Positions 33,734 through 44,192 of a DNA stretch of 64,000 bases are shown here, piece after piece. The position numbers were made by a program, and so were the translations under genes. A model generated the notes under the pieces. That model worked only from the letters and a program-made list of their open reading frames with translations, did not search any database and was not told the DNA's origin. Within the stretch, counting starts at the first letter, position 1, and each line of letters starts with the position of its first letter. The stretch is taken from assembly GCA_963714015.1 (NCBI GenBank), contig OY970223.1, forward strand, positions 1,408,001-1,472,000, read 5' to 3'. Source of the stretch: Vulcanimicrobiota bacterium. Its GTDB lineage: Bacteria > Vulcanimicrobiota > Vulcanimicrobiia > Vulcanimicrobiales > Vulcanimicrobiaceae.

Positions 33734-36244
33734 CTACGCCCGATGTTTTGCGGTTTTACCGTAACGAGCTTGATAGGCGCGCATGTTCTGCGAATCGCGG
33801 ATGCTCAGAATCGCCGACCACGCACCCGATTGCACCGCCTGCTGCGAGTCGTTCTGCTCGGCCTGCTGCAGCGCCGGGATCGCCGCGGGATCGCCGAGTA
33901 TGCCGAGCGCGCGAGTCGCCGAGATTCGAGTCGTATTCAGCGGATCGTGGAGCACGATCTCGACCAATTCCGGTTCGGCGAGCTGCGGGTTCTTTGCATG
34001 CGCGGCAAGACGCGCAAGCGCGATGACCGCGCTGGAGCGTTCCCCCTCGGGCGTTCCATAAGCCGTTCTGCTTTTTATGAGCGGAAACGCCCGCATATCG
34101 CCGTAGGCGGCCAGTCCGCCCAATGCCGCAGCGGCAACCTCCTCGCGGAACGTGTGACGGTTTAGCGCCGCAACGAGCATGTTGTAAGCGCCGGAAGCCT
34201 TGAGTGAGGCGAGCGACTGGAGGGCCGTTCCGGCGACTGTCGGATCGGTGTCCGACACCATGGTCTTCAGGATTGCAACGACTCGCGCGTTTTTGGTCTT
34301 CAAGCTGCCGGCTGCGCCTTCGGCGGCGATGCGCACCCGTTTATCCTCGTCGCGAAGGCCGCTGTAGACGGCGGCGGCGTCGTCGAATTGCGCCGATGTG
34401 TCCAGGGCGTACGAGCGGACGCCGTAGTACGGATCCGACCGCACGACGCTCGCAACCGCGGACATGGCGGTCGCGCGATCGCTGCCTTTGGCATCGGCAA
34501 ACTTTGCCAGCTGGTCGATTGCCCACATGCGATCGCCGGCGTGTTTGGCATTCCCCGCTTGGTACGCAAGCTCGGCGAGGGATTTGTGGAACGTGAGTTC
34601 CCTGATGATGTTGTCGTTGGGATCGAAGAGCACCATCTGCGGCTTGGAAGTGACGCCGTCGATGACGATGGCCTGGTGGTTTTGTGCGATGATCGGCTGG
34701 ATACTCTTCATTTGTCCGCCGAAGTACGCTTCGATTACGACCGGCATCCGGAACGGCTTCCCATCGTGGTTCTTTTGCGAGACCTCTAACGTGAGGGTTC
34801 CGGCCTTTGCGTCGTACTTCTGCTTGACGAGGTAATTGGGGTACGCCGCGCGGTAGAACCATTCGTTCTCGAACCAGTCGAGATTCGTTCCGAGCGATTT
34901 GTCTATTGCGTCAAAGAACTGATGCGTGTCGGCGGTCTTGTATTGATATGCACTCAGATAGTCGTGCAGCGCTTTGAAGAAGCGCTGGTCGCCGAACATG
35001 TAGCGCAGCATATGCAGCACTTCGCCGGGCCGGGGGTATCCGCTGGAGTCGAACAGATCGAGCGGGTCGTTATAGACGTAATCGACGATAGGACGAAAAT
35101 AGTCTTGCGTCTCGCCAAAGTACGACTGCTGCGCGAAGTAGCGCTCCTGTTCGAATTCCGCTTCACCGAAGTGCTTTTCGCTCCAGAGCTCCTGAAAATA
35201 CGTCGCGTACCCTTCGTTGATCCACGTGTTCGACCAATCCGACATAGTGACGTCGTCGCCCCACCACTGATGGGCGAGCTCGTGAGCGACCAGGCCGTCG
35301 CAGGGCGATTCCAGGTTTTGGACGGGCAGATGGATTGCACGATCCGTCTGAATCGTGGCGGAGGCGTTTTCCATTCCGCCGTAAGTGAAGCGCTCCGCCG
35401 TGGTCTGATCGTACTTTTCCCACGGGAACTTGATGCCGATAGTGTTCTGAAAGAACGCGACGATGTCTTTGGTGTTCCCGAAGCAAAGCGCGTTGAGGTT
35501 GGCGACCGGGGGCTGAACGTACGAGTCGACGGGCATGCCGTTCAGCGAGGTATGGTGCTCCGAGAGCGGACCTGCGGCAAAGGCTATCAGGTAGGTCGAT
35601 TTGGGATGCGGTGAATTCCAATCCCAAGTCTCGCCGGTTGTACCGGACTTGTGCGATTTCAAATACCCGTTCGCAACGACGGTCCACCCGTGTGGAACCG
35701 TAACGACCAGTTCGCTTGGAGTTTTCTGGTTCGGCTGGTCCCACGTCGGGAACCAGCGGCGATTGTCGATCATTTCGCCTTGCGACCAGATCTCCGGCGT
35801 AACGTCCGGATATCCGCGGTCCGGGCGGATGAAGTAAATTCCGCGTTGCGGCTGCACGGAGTACACGAAATCCACGGCCAGGTTCTTCCCGGCCGATGCA
35901 GGCTGCGCCACGCCGACGTTGATGAACTGGTGCGCGGTATCGATCGTGTACGCGGCTGGTTTTCCATCGACCGTCACGGACGAATACTTGATTCCGAGCG
36001 TATTGAAAGGCAGCGTTCGCAGCCCGGCCCGTTTCGGTTCGACGATCGCCGTTTCGTGGCCGTACACGATCCCGCGATCGAAATCGAATCTTACTCGAAT
36101 GATCGAGTTCGCAAAGCGGTACGGCGCATAGGCGGTGGGATGGAAGTACGCGTGCCCGCGTCCGAACGGCCGGGGAAGCGGCGTGGGCGGCGGAGGCGCT
36201 TTCGGGGCGGCGGATGCGGCGATGAGCGCGAGTGCAGTAAGCAT
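33734..36244 (-). CDS. Exported M1 family aminopeptidase with HEAT repeats
   Basis: Signal peptide, GGMEN, HELAHQWWGD...NEG zinc motif and C-terminal HEAT-like repeats. Confidence 0.92.
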   Translation of the reverse strand: MLTALALIAASAAPKAPPPPTPLPRPFGRGHAYFHPTAYAPYRFANSIIRVRFDFDRGIVYGHETAIVEPKRAGLRTLPFNTLGIKYSSVTVDGKPAAYTIDTAHQFINVGVAQPASAGKNLAVDFVYSVQPQRGIYFIRPDRGYPDVTPEIWSQGEMIDNRRWFPTWDQPNQKTPSELVVTVPHGWTVVANGYLKSHKSGTTGETWDWNSPHPKSTYLIAFAAGPLSEHHTSLNGMPVDSYVQPPVANLNALCFGNTKDIVAFFQNTIGIKFPWEKYDQTTAERFTYGGMENASATIQTDRAIHLPVQNLESPCDGLVAHELAHQWWGDDVTMSDWSNTWINEGYATYFQELWSEKHFGEAEFEQERYFAQQSYFGETQDYFRPIVDYVYNDPLDLFDSSGYPRPGEVLHMLRYMFGDQRFFKALHDYLSAYQYKTADTHQFFDAIDKSLGTNLDWFENEWFYRAAYPNYLVKQKYDAKAGTLTLEVSQKNHDGKPFRMPVVIEAYFGGQMKSIQPIIAQNHQAIVIDGVTSKPQMVLFDPNDNIIRELTFHKSLAELAYQAGNAKHAGDRMWAIDQLAKFADAKGSDRATAMSAVASVVRSDPYYGVRSYALDTSAQFDDAAAVYSGLRDEDKRVRIAAEGAAGSLKTKNARVVAILKTMVSDTDPTVAGTALQSLASLKASGAYNMLVAALNRHTFREEVAAAALGGLAAYGDMRAFPLIKSRTAYGTPEGERSSAVIALARLAAHAKNPQLAEPELVEIVLHDPLNTTRISATRALGILGDPAAIPALQQAEQNDSQQAVQSGAWSAILSIRDSQNMRAYQARYGKTAKHRA

Positions 36245-36301
36245 GACGTCAAACTGCGCCGCAGGATGCGCTCTGCCCTGGCTTCACGAAAGCCGTTCGT
36301 C

Positions 36302-37426
36302 ATGCCGCTGCCCGACTTTGCGCTCGAGTCCTATTTCGGCGTCTGGGAATTCAAAGCGCGCTACCATCTGGCGGCGTCGGATGCAGAAAGCATGGCACTG
36401 GCCGATCTGCTGGACCTTGCCGCCGGCGACGAGCGCGCGCGATGGAATTCGCTGCGCCTGGGCTATATCGAATCGGAGGGCATGCCCGAACTCCGGCGGG
36501 CGATTGCGCAGACGTACGAAACGATCGCCCCGCAAGACGTCGTGTGCTTCGCGGGAGCCGAAGAAGGGTTGTATTGTGCGATGCATGCAGTGCTGCGTCG
36601 CGACGACCATGCAATCGTCATGGTCCCAAACTACCAATCGACCGAGACGGTTCCGCGATCCTTGTGCGAGGTCAGCGCGGTCGCGCTGCGGCCCGAATCC
36701 GGTTGGCGTCTCGACGTTTCCGAGATTCGAGCGCAACTGCGGCCGAATACGCGGCTGATCGCGGTGAACTTTCCGAACAATCCCACGGGTGCGATCGCCG
36801 ATAGCGGATCGTTTTTGGACCTTATCGATCTGTGCCGCGCGCGCGGCCTTTACTTATTGAGCGACGAAGTCTACCGGGGCGTGGAGCGCGATCCGGCCAA
36901 AAGACTCCCGCAGGCGGCGGATCGTTACGAACGCGCGCTCTCCCTCAACGTGATGTCGAAGGCGTACGGCTTGCCCGGCCTGCGCGTCGGCTGGATCGCT
37001 TCACGCGATCGGGATTTGCTGAGCCAAGCAATCAAAGTCAAACACTATCTCTCCATCTGCAACTCGGCTCCGGCGGAAGTCCTGGCCACGATTGCATTGA
37101 AAGCGGCCGATCGCGTATTGGACCGAAACCGCCGGATCTGTACCGAGAATCTTTCAAAACTCGACGCATTTTTCGAGCGGTGGGCGGATCGATTCCACTG
37201 GTACGACCCGGACGGCGGCTGCGTTGCGTATCCGGCCTATCTGTCAGGCGACGTGGAAGATTTTTGCACGCGGTTGGTCGAGGACGCCGGCGTGCTGCTG
37301 GTGCCGGCATCAAAATTTGCATCGCAGCTTTGTGCCGCGCCCGCGAACCGTTTTCGAATCGGTTACGGCCGCCTCGGCATCGACCAGGCGCTGGCGGCAT
37401 TCGACGCATTCCTGTCGAGATCGTGA
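36302..37426 (+). CDS. PLP-dependent aminotransferase class I/II
   Basis: NFPNNPTG, DEVY and MSKAYGLPGLRVGW motifs. True start at ATG 36302 (MPLPDFALE). Confidence 0.92.
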   Translation: MPLPDFALESYFGVWEFKARYHLAASDAESMALADLLDLAAGDERARWNSLRLGYIESEGMPELRRAIAQTYETIAPQDVVCFAGAEEGLYCAMHAVLRRDDHAIVMVPNYQSTETVPRSLCEVSAVALRPESGWRLDVSEIRAQLRPNTRLIAVNFPNNPTGAIADSGSFLDLIDLCRARGLYLLSDEVYRGVERDPAKRLPQAADRYERALSLNVMSKAYGLPGLRVGWIASRDRDLLSQAIKVKHYLSICNSAPAEVLATIALKAADRVLDRNRRICTENLSKLDAFFERWADRFHWYDPDGGCVAYPAYLSGDVEDFCTRLVEDAGVLLVPASKFASQLCAAPANRFRIGYGRLGIDQALAAFDAFLSRS

Positions 37427-37442
37427 ACGTCCGTGAGGCTGG

Positions 37443-37964
37443 TCAACGACTCCTGAACGAAGCCGAGGATCTCCGCAGAATATCGTCTATAATCGGAGTC
37501 TTCGCCTGGGCGTAGTCGTTGCGATCCGCCCAATCCAGCTCGACCAAGCGCCGCTTCTCTGCTTCGTACGTTTCGCGTTGACGGGCGTCGGCTCGCAACG
37601 CGTCTCGAAACTTGAGATGCCGCTCGAAGTCCGGACCGCCGGCCGGCCAGAGATGCACGTGAACGTCCGCAGCGGGCGTGCGGTACATGCGATGGTTCGG
37701 CTCGTCGACTCCCAGCTCGTAACCGGCGGCCGTCAACGCCTCGAATACCGCGCTGCTTTTGACGTCGCTCACCGCGATTGCGACGTCCACGATTGGTTTT
37801 GCCGCCAATCCGGGCACCGCAGTGGACCCGACGTGTTCGATTTGCACCGCCACCGCACCGAGCGCTGCCGCCAAGCGTTCGCGCTGCGCGTCAAATCGCA
37901 TTACCCATGCCGGGTCGTACTCGAAAAGAACGACTTTCACGACGCTGAAGCAACCTCGCGGCAA
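37443..37964 (-). CDS. GrpB/UPF0157 family protein
   Basis: YDPAW, IEHVGSTAVPGLAAKPIVD, FRDALR and Y...K motifs. Start probably near 37940. Confidence 0.9.
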   Translation of the reverse strand: MPRGCFSVVKVVLFEYDPAWVMRFDAQRERLAAALGAVAVQIEHVGSTAVPGLAAKPIVDVAIAVSDVKSSAVFEALTAAGYELGVDEPNHRMYRTPAADVHVHLWPAGGPDFERHLKFRDALRADARQRETYEAEKRRLVELDWADRNDYAQAKTPIIDDILRRSSASFRSR

Positions 37965-39145
37965 ATGCGCCGGGCCTCGTCGGCGTCCACCTTAGCGCGC
38001 TCGACGAACAATTTTCGCCAATACGCTTTACCGGCGATGCGTTCGATCAAATCCGATGCTTCACGGGCATCCACGATGGCACCCGACGCCGTACCGACCC
38101 AAACGGTGCGGCTGCCGGAATCGAGTTGCAAAGGAAGACGATGGATTAACTGCGATTGTTCGTCGCTCCAGACGGCATCCCCATAACGTTCCCGCAGGGC
38201 CGCCTCGCAACGCTCGTAGATGCTCAAGTCGTGCTCGGCGTTGAACTCGGCTGCGACGGCGTACAGCCGAATGCGTTCGCGTAATGCCCGAGCAGCTTCG
38301 GAAGGCGCTTCGCGCACGTCATTCAGCACGCGAAAATCATCCCAGCGCAGAAATTCTTCGACCGGGTCGAGCGCGTGCGGGTTCGGCCACAGTTCGGTTA
38401 GCACGCGCTGAAGTATTCGTTCGAACATCCTCGTGGTGTGATGGAAGTAGACCGATGCGAACATCATGTATCGGGCCAGCACGAAGGACTCGAGCGCGAC
38501 CAGGCCCCGGCGATCGATGCCCAACACCAGGCGGTCGCCGAAGTCAAAGATCCGCAGCGAGCCGACGAGCTGGTCGACGTCGTACCGCCCGCTCGAAACG
38601 CCGGTAAAATATGCATCGCGCTGTAGATAGTCCATGCGGTCTGCGTCCAGATTCGGACCGCTGACAATCTCGCTGAGCACAGGATGCTTCGCGTGCGCGT
38701 CGGCCAATATGAGGTCGAGCAGATCGCCGGGATCGACTTCGAGCGCCTCGATGTGGCGCCGCATCTCCGGCAGATTCAGGATCTCGCGCGTGCGAGCTTC
38801 GTGCCGCACACCGAGCACGGCTTCGCATGCGTGACTGAACGGACCGTGGCCCACGTCGTGTAAGATGAGGGCGGCGCGAACCAGACGGCGCTGCGCAGCG
38901 ACGTCGTCCTCGCCATGAAAAAATTCCCTGCCGTGCCGGACGAGCTCGTCGAAAACGCGCGAACCCATCGCAAGCGCGCCCAAAGAGTGGCTGAAGCGCG
39001 AATGCTCCGCCGACGGAAACGCCAGATACGCAAGTCCAAGTTGCCGAAGCCGCCGGAGACGCTGCAGTACCGTCGAATCCAACAGGGCTGCCTCTTGCGG
39101 CGTGAGCTCGATGAAGCGATGGATTGGATCGTAAATCCGTTTCAT
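37937..39145 (-). CDS. HD-domain phosphohydrolase (SAMHD1/dNTPase-like)
   Basis: DPIH, QRLRRLRQLG, HSRFSHSLG, LHDVGHGPFSH, DADRMDYL.RD and VYFH motifs. Confidence 0.92.
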   Translation of the reverse strand: MKRIYDPIHRFIELTPQEAALLDSTVLQRLRRLRQLGLAYLAFPSAEHSRFSHSLGALAMGSRVFDELVRHGREFFHGEDDVAAQRRLVRAALILHDVGHGPFSHACEAVLGVRHEARTREILNLPEMRRHIEALEVDPGDLLDLILADAHAKHPVLSEIVSGPNLDADRMDYLQRDAYFTGVSSGRYDVDQLVGSLRIFDFGDRLVLGIDRRGLVALESFVLARYMMFASVYFHHTTRMFERILQRVLTELWPNPHALDPVEEFLRWDDFRVLNDVREAPSEAARALRERIRLYAVAAEFNAEHDLSIYERCEAALRERYGDAVWSDEQSQLIHRLPLQLDSGSRTVWVGTASGAIVDAREASDLIERIAGKAYWRKLFVERAKVDADEARRICREVASAS

Positions 39146-39189
39146 CCGCGGACTCTCTTCCGACCGCGGCGAAGAGGCTACCTGCCATA

Positions 39190-40980
39190 ATGAGATTCGA
39201 CCAGGCTGCCCTTCGTGAGATTCACGCTCGCACGGACATCGCGAGCTTCATCGGTTCGTACGTGCCGCTGCGCAAACGCGGCAAGGATCTCGTCGGCCTG
39301 TGTCCGTTTCACGCCGAGAAGACGCCCTCGTTCCACGTGCACCCGGATACCGGGTTCTTCAAATGCTTCGGGTGCGGCGCCGGCGGCGACGTCATCACGT
39401 TCGTCTGTAAACTGGAGAACCTGGCGTTCCCGGAAGCGGCGAGGATGCTGGCTCAGCGGGCGGGCATCGAGCTCGAGCCCGAGAATCCCCAGGCCGCCCG
39501 CGTTCGCAGCGAACGCGAAACGATCTACGAAGCCAACGAAATCGCGGCGGCGTTTTTCGAACGCATGTTGCGGGGGACGCAAGGAGCAGCCGCACGCGCG
39601 TACTGCGATCGGCGCGGAATCGGCCAGGCGAGCATCGAGAAGTTTCATCTGGGTTATGCACCTGACGAGTGGAGCGCACTGGCCGCCGAACTGCGCGAGC
39701 ATGGAGTCGAACCGGAGGTCGCGGTCAAAGCGGGACTGCTCAAACGCGGCGAACGGGGATTCTACGATTTCTATCGCGATCGCCTCATGGTTCCGACGTA
39801 CTCGACCACCGGTGAAGTGATAGCGTTCGGCGGCCGCGCACTCGGCGACCACGAGCCCAAATACTTGAACACTTCGACGACGCCGGTCTATACGAAGGGC
39901 GAGCATCTGTACGCGCTCAACATTGCGCGCAGGGCGGCCGCGCGAGACGAGCGGCTCATCGTCGTTGAAGGCTATCTCGATTGCATTGCGCTGCATCAAG
40001 CCGGATTTGAGAACGCCGTCGCCTCGCTCGGCACCGCCTTTACCGAAAAGCAGGCGCGAGAATTGCGAAAGTACGCAACGGGTGTATTCCTGTGCTTCGA
40101 CGGGGACGCCGCCGGAAATAGCGCAGCCGACAAGGCTATCGAAATCGCCACGCACGAAATCGAAAACGCCGGCTCGGCCGTGCGGATCGTATCGCTTCCC
40201 CCGGGAAGCGATCCGGACACCTATGTTCGCGAGAAGGGCGTTCAAGCGTTCAAGGAGTTGCTTGAATCCGCGAAGCCTGCAATTGAAGTGCGTTTGGAGC
40301 GTGAGGCCGCCCGCCTGGAACGCGGTTTCGAATCGCCGGCCGCTGTGGCTCCCGCGGCGGAGGCGCTGATCCGCAGAATGACGCCGCAGGTCGAATGGGA
40401 TCGGTGGCGTGTATGGATTGCGTCACGACTGAAGGTCAACGTAAACGACCTACGGAATAGCCGCTTTCTCGCAAGCGCGGCAAACTTTGCACCGCGTTCG
40501 TCCGGCGTCGCACCTGCGACTCGGCATCTTCCTCAGAACGTCCGGCCCTCGTCTTTCGAACGCGAAGCGCTTGCCGTTATGTTGGAAGAGCCTGCTTTAG
40601 TGCTCGAATACCGCGAACGCATCCCGGTCGATCGCTTTCTCGAGGGGCCATACCGCCGGATGTATGCCGTGCTCGTCGAGAATGCGGCAAAGATTCTGCG
40701 CCCGGCGGATGTTTTTGCGCTGTTTGCGGACGATAACGAGAGCGTGGGGCTGCTCACCTCGCTCGGCCGGCCCGACCGCAGTTCAACGGTCCGTTACGAG
40801 GGCTCCGAGCAGCGCAGGGCTCACCTCGAGCGAGTGGTCGAAAGACTGCAACTCGACGAGCAAAGGCGGCGTTATCAGGAATTGTCCCTGCGCATCGACG
40901 AGATCCTCTCGTCAGGTCAGCGCGTCAGCGGCGAGCTTCGCGACGAGTTTGACGCGCTGGTTGCCAAACTCAAACGGTAA
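39190..40980 (+). CDS. dnaG: DNA primase
   Basis: CPFH...CFGC zinc finger, KYLN, VEGYLD and FDGD.AG TOPRIM motifs. Confidence 0.97.
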   Translation: MRFDQAALREIHARTDIASFIGSYVPLRKRGKDLVGLCPFHAEKTPSFHVHPDTGFFKCFGCGAGGDVITFVCKLENLAFPEAARMLAQRAGIELEPENPQAARVRSERETIYEANEIAAAFFERMLRGTQGAAARAYCDRRGIGQASIEKFHLGYAPDEWSALAAELREHGVEPEVAVKAGLLKRGERGFYDFYRDRLMVPTYSTTGEVIAFGGRALGDHEPKYLNTSTTPVYTKGEHLYALNIARRAAARDERLIVVEGYLDCIALHQAGFENAVASLGTAFTEKQARELRKYATGVFLCFDGDAAGNSAADKAIEIATHEIENAGSAVRIVSLPPGSDPDTYVREKGVQAFKELLESAKPAIEVRLEREAARLERGFESPAAVAPAAEALIRRMTPQVEWDRWRVWIASRLKVNVNDLRNSRFLASAANFAPRSSGVAPATRHLPQNVRPSSFEREALAVMLEEPALVLEYRERIPVDRFLEGPYRRMYAVLVENAAKILRPADVFALFADDNESVGLLTSLGRPDRSSTVRYEGSEQRRAHLERVVERLQLDEQRRRYQELSLRIDEILSSGQRVSGELRDEFDALVAKLKR

Positions 40981-41041
40981 TAGGGGACGATAAGGGTCCC
41001 ACGAAAAGTTCCCCGCGCAGAAAGGGGGTGAGAGAAAAAGA

Positions 41042-42235
41042 ATGGCCAGAAAGAAAACGGCGGCAAGCGCGAACGGCGCAACCACGACCGCGGAGGCGGC
41101 TCCGGCTACGGTCGAGGAGCTGAAGAAAAAGCTTTTAGAACGCGGCAAGAAAAACGGCTCGGTCACGCTCGACGACATCAATACGGAAGTCGGGCGACTA
41201 GCCGAGACGCGAGAAGAATTAAACGAGGCCGAAATCTTCGAGGACCTCATGACCGAGCTCAATGCAGCGGGTGTCGAGGTCGTCGAGGATGCCGAAGAAG
41301 ACAAAGCCGAGGCTGAAGGAGAGCCCGAGCAGTCGATTCCGGCGGGTTTGGCGCTTGACGATCCGGTCCGCATGTATCTCAAAGAGATCGGCCGCGTTCC
41401 CCTGCTGTCCATGGAAGACGAGAAAAATCTCGCGATGCGCATCGAAGCCGGCGAGAAAGAACTTACTAAGAACGGCTCTGCCAATCAGGTCATCGTCGTT
41501 GAGGGCGAGGAAGCCAAACGTCAGCTGACGGAGGCGAACCTGCGCTTGGTGGTCTCGATTGCGAAAAAGTACGTCGGCCGCGGCATGCTCTTTTTGGACT
41601 TGATTCAAGAAGGCAATCTCGGACTGATTCGCGCCGTCGAAAAATTCGACTATCGCAAGGGCTACAAATTCTCGACGTACGCCACCTGGTGGATCCGCCA
41701 AGCGATCACGCGCGCTTTGGCCGATCAAGCGCGTACGATCCGAATCCCCGTGCATATGGTCGAGACGATTAACCGTCTGATCAAGATTTCAAGGCAGTTG
41801 CTGCAAGAGCTCGGCCGCGATCCGTCGGTGGAAGAGATTGCTGCCGAAATGGGCCTCACTCCCGAGAAGGTTCGCGAGGTCATCAAGATCAGCCAGGAGC
41901 CGATCTCGCTAGAGACGCCTATCGGCGAAGAAGAAGATTCGCATTTGGGCGACTTCATCGAGGATCAGGAAGCGGTGGCTCCCGCGGAAGCGGCATCCGT
42001 CATGCTCCTCAAAGAAAAGATGCAGGACGTGCTGCAAAACCTCACCGAGCGCGAGCGCAAAGTGCTGGTGCTGCGTTTCGGCTTGGAAGACGGCCACCAG
42101 CGCACCCTCGAAGAAGTCGGCCAGGAGTTCGGCGTCACGCGCGAACGGATCCGCCAAATCGAGGCTAAAGCGCTGCGAAAGCTGCGGCATCCCTCGCGCG
42201 GCAAAGCGCTCAAAGACTACTGGTCTAACGAGTAA
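41042..42235 (+). CDS. rpoD: Primary sigma factor SigA/RpoD
   Basis: [36 protein letters not shown] and TRERIRQIE motifs. Follows dnaG. Confidence 0.98.
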   Translation: MARKKTAASANGATTTAEAAPATVEELKKKLLERGKKNGSVTLDDINTEVGRLAETREELNEAEIFEDLMTELNAAGVEVVEDAEEDKAEAEGEPEQSIPAGLALDDPVRMYLKEIGRVPLLSMEDEKNLAMRIEAGEKELTKNGSANQVIVVEGEEAKRQLTEANLRLVVSIAKKYVGRGMLFLDLIQEGNLGLIRAVEKFDYRKGYKFSTYATWWIRQAITRALADQARTIRIPVHMVETINRLIKISRQLLQELGRDPSVEEIAAEMGLTPEKVREVIKISQEPISLETPIGEEEDSHLGDFIEDQEAVAPAEAASVMLLKEKMQDVLQNLTERERKVLVLRFGLEDGHQRTLEEVGQEFGVTRERIRQIEAKALRKLRHPSRGKALKDYWSNE

Positions 42236-42289
42236 GGTCACGCCGGGCCGAGCGAAGGCCCTCAAAACGCCGGCGGCCAAGCAGGCACC

Positions 42290-42992
42290 ATGACGAGTTT
42301 CTTATCGGCGTCCGTTTTTGCCGTGCTGATCCTGCAGTTTTCTCAAATAGTGGCAGCGCCCACGTCGGGCGGGCCCGCGAACACGATTCCGGATGGAATC
42401 ACCGTGCGCGGAAACGGGAGTGCAACCATGGCAGCGGACGAGGCCACCGTCACCCTTCGCTTGTTTGCCAAGAATAACGCACTGATTATCGATCAAGAAG
42501 CGCTGCAGCCGTTTGTCGATGCGCTCGTGGCGGCCGGAGTCACGCGCTCGGACATCACGATGCCCATGTACTTGACGGGCGCAGCCAAGACGAATAACGC
42601 CGTCATTACCGCGGTTATACACAATCCGACGGTGACCACAATCCGGAACGGCATGACGACGCTCACAACGCGATTCAATCCGGATTCGCAAATTCTGGTG
42701 AACGGCGTAGAGGTACGGTTGAGCGCGGAGGACTGCACCACCGCCCGAAAGCAAGCTCAAAGCTGCGGCGATTCGCCAGGCTCGCGGCGCCGCGCAATCG
42801 GTCGCAAGCGCGCTCGGCGTTCACGTAGGCTCCGTTCTTGCCGCCGATTTCCAAGCACCGTTTGAAAACGGTCCGGGCTGCAATTTCGCCTACAACCTCG
42901 GCCCTTACCAGAACGAACTGTTCAGCACGCCGGAACAGTATCTACAGGTCCGCGTTTCCAGCTACGTGACGATCCGCTACGCGATTAAGTAA
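42290..42992 (+). CDS. Secreted SIMPL/DUF541-like protein; one apparent +1 frameshift at about 42761
   Basis: Signal peptide and ITVRGNGSA. The shifted frame gives AAAIRQARGAAQSVASALGVHVG...VTIRYAIK*. Confidence 0.7.
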
Positions 42993-43021
42993 GCGAGGAC
43001 GAGCAGCGCGCCGGCCGAAGA

Positions 43022-43732
43022 TTACGGTGTCGTTGCGGGCCGAACGGTTGGAGTCGGCTTTGCAGACGGTTTAGGCGTGGGTGGAACGTAGCCCGGAGGA
43101 GTTGCCAGCGGCGCCGGCATGAACGCCGGATGCGGCGTGTCGGCTGTCGTAACGAGCGGCGGAGGCGTGCTGATTGCGACTGCTCCCCGCTGGATTGAAA
43201 TCGTCGCACCGGTGCGCGCACGGATGACTGTTCCGGGCTTCAATACGACGTCTGAACCTTTGCGCAGCACGTGGTAAAGCAAATGGTACGGAATGAAGAT
43301 ATCGCCGACCGTGTCGGTGACGTTTTGCGTCGATTGCATTCCGGCGCTCATGTGCGGATCCAGATGCGAGGTTGGCGTGATAAGCGGTAACGTTCTGCCG
43401 TCAGGAAGCCTCATTGGTTTGAAAAAGATGTCGACGAAACCGTCGACATTACCGGCTTGGGCGGCGGACGTGTGTGAGACTTCTATTTCGACCGGCGTAC
43501 CGGCGGCAGCTACGGTAACGCCGTGAATGACGATGGGATCGCGCAGATGGGCTCGCGCGGTCTCTCCCGCCTTTTCCTTCGAACTGATTGTGTCGTCCAG
43601 GACGAAGAAGAGGCTGGAGTCGAGCGGGACCCGCTCGACGTTCTGAACTACCGGGCGGGCCGGCGTTCGGCCCGCACTGATAGCAAAAAGGGCGCAGCCG
43701 GCGGCCAGAGCCAGCGCGGCTGCACGAGACAG
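43022..43732 (-). CDS. Exported hypothetical protein (TrbI-like beta domain, Pro-rich tail)
   Basis: Signal-like hydrophobic stretch, DTISS...PDG..LP...GSDVVLKPGT and a Pro/Thr tail. Start uncertain (CTG 43732 or TTG 43828). Confidence 0.6.
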   Translation of the reverse strand: MSRAAALALAAGCALFAISAGRTPARPVVQNVERVPLDSSLFFVLDDTISSKEKAGETARAHLRDPIVIHGVTVAAAGTPVEIEVSHTSAAQAGNVDGFVDIFFKPMRLPDGRTLPLITPTSHLDPHMSAGMQSTQNVTDTVGDIFIPYHLLYHVLRKGSDVVLKPGTVIRARTGATISIQRGAVAISTPPPLVTTADTPHPAFMPAPLATPPGYVPPTPKPSAKPTPTVRPATTP

Positions 43733-43733
43733 G

Positions 43734-44090
43734 TTAGCTGGCTTTCTTTTGGGTTTCGTCGACTTGGGCTGCGGCTGCGGCTGCGGCACGCTTGCCTTCC
43801 TCGATGAGCTGCTTAACCTTTTGGCCACCTTTTTGTCCGATCTGCTCGTAGAAGTTGGGGCCGTAGCGGTCGCGGGTTGCCTCGCCGCCTTTCTTGCCGC
43901 CTTTCTTACCGATTTGTTCGTAGAAGGCGTGACCGTGGGCGTTCTTCGTGGCTTGACCGCCTTTGCGCCCGATCTGTTCGTAGAATTCAGGGCCGTATTT
44001 TTTCTTGACGGTCTCCCCGCCTTTTTGACCGGCCTCCCGGACGGTCATGCCGCCGCCTTTTTTGGGCGAGGGCCCATTGGGTGTGTTCAT
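43734..44090 (-). CDS. KGG/GsiB/Em-like general stress protein
   Basis: MTVREAGQKGG followed by three FYEQIG.KGG repeats. AGGA SD. Confidence 0.9.
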   Translation of the reverse strand: MNTPNGPSPKKGGGMTVREAGQKGGETVKKKYGPEFYEQIGRKGGQATKNAHGHAFYEQIGKKGGKKGGEATRDRYGPNFYEQIGQKGGQKVKQLIEEGKRAAAAAAAQVDETQKKAS

Positions 44091-44192
44091 TATGTGTTCC
44101 TGTAACCTCGGTTCTTGCGCCGCCCCAGAAGGACGGCAATCTTATGCTCCATATACTAGAACGCAAGTTCGGTACGGAAAGTTGGTACAGAT

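Noticed and set aside
35651..36301. N-terminal extension of the aminotransferase ORF (similarly 50285, 11340, 54063, 24970, 8043)
   Set aside because: These extensions overlap other real genes, and family homology begins at the downstream starts.
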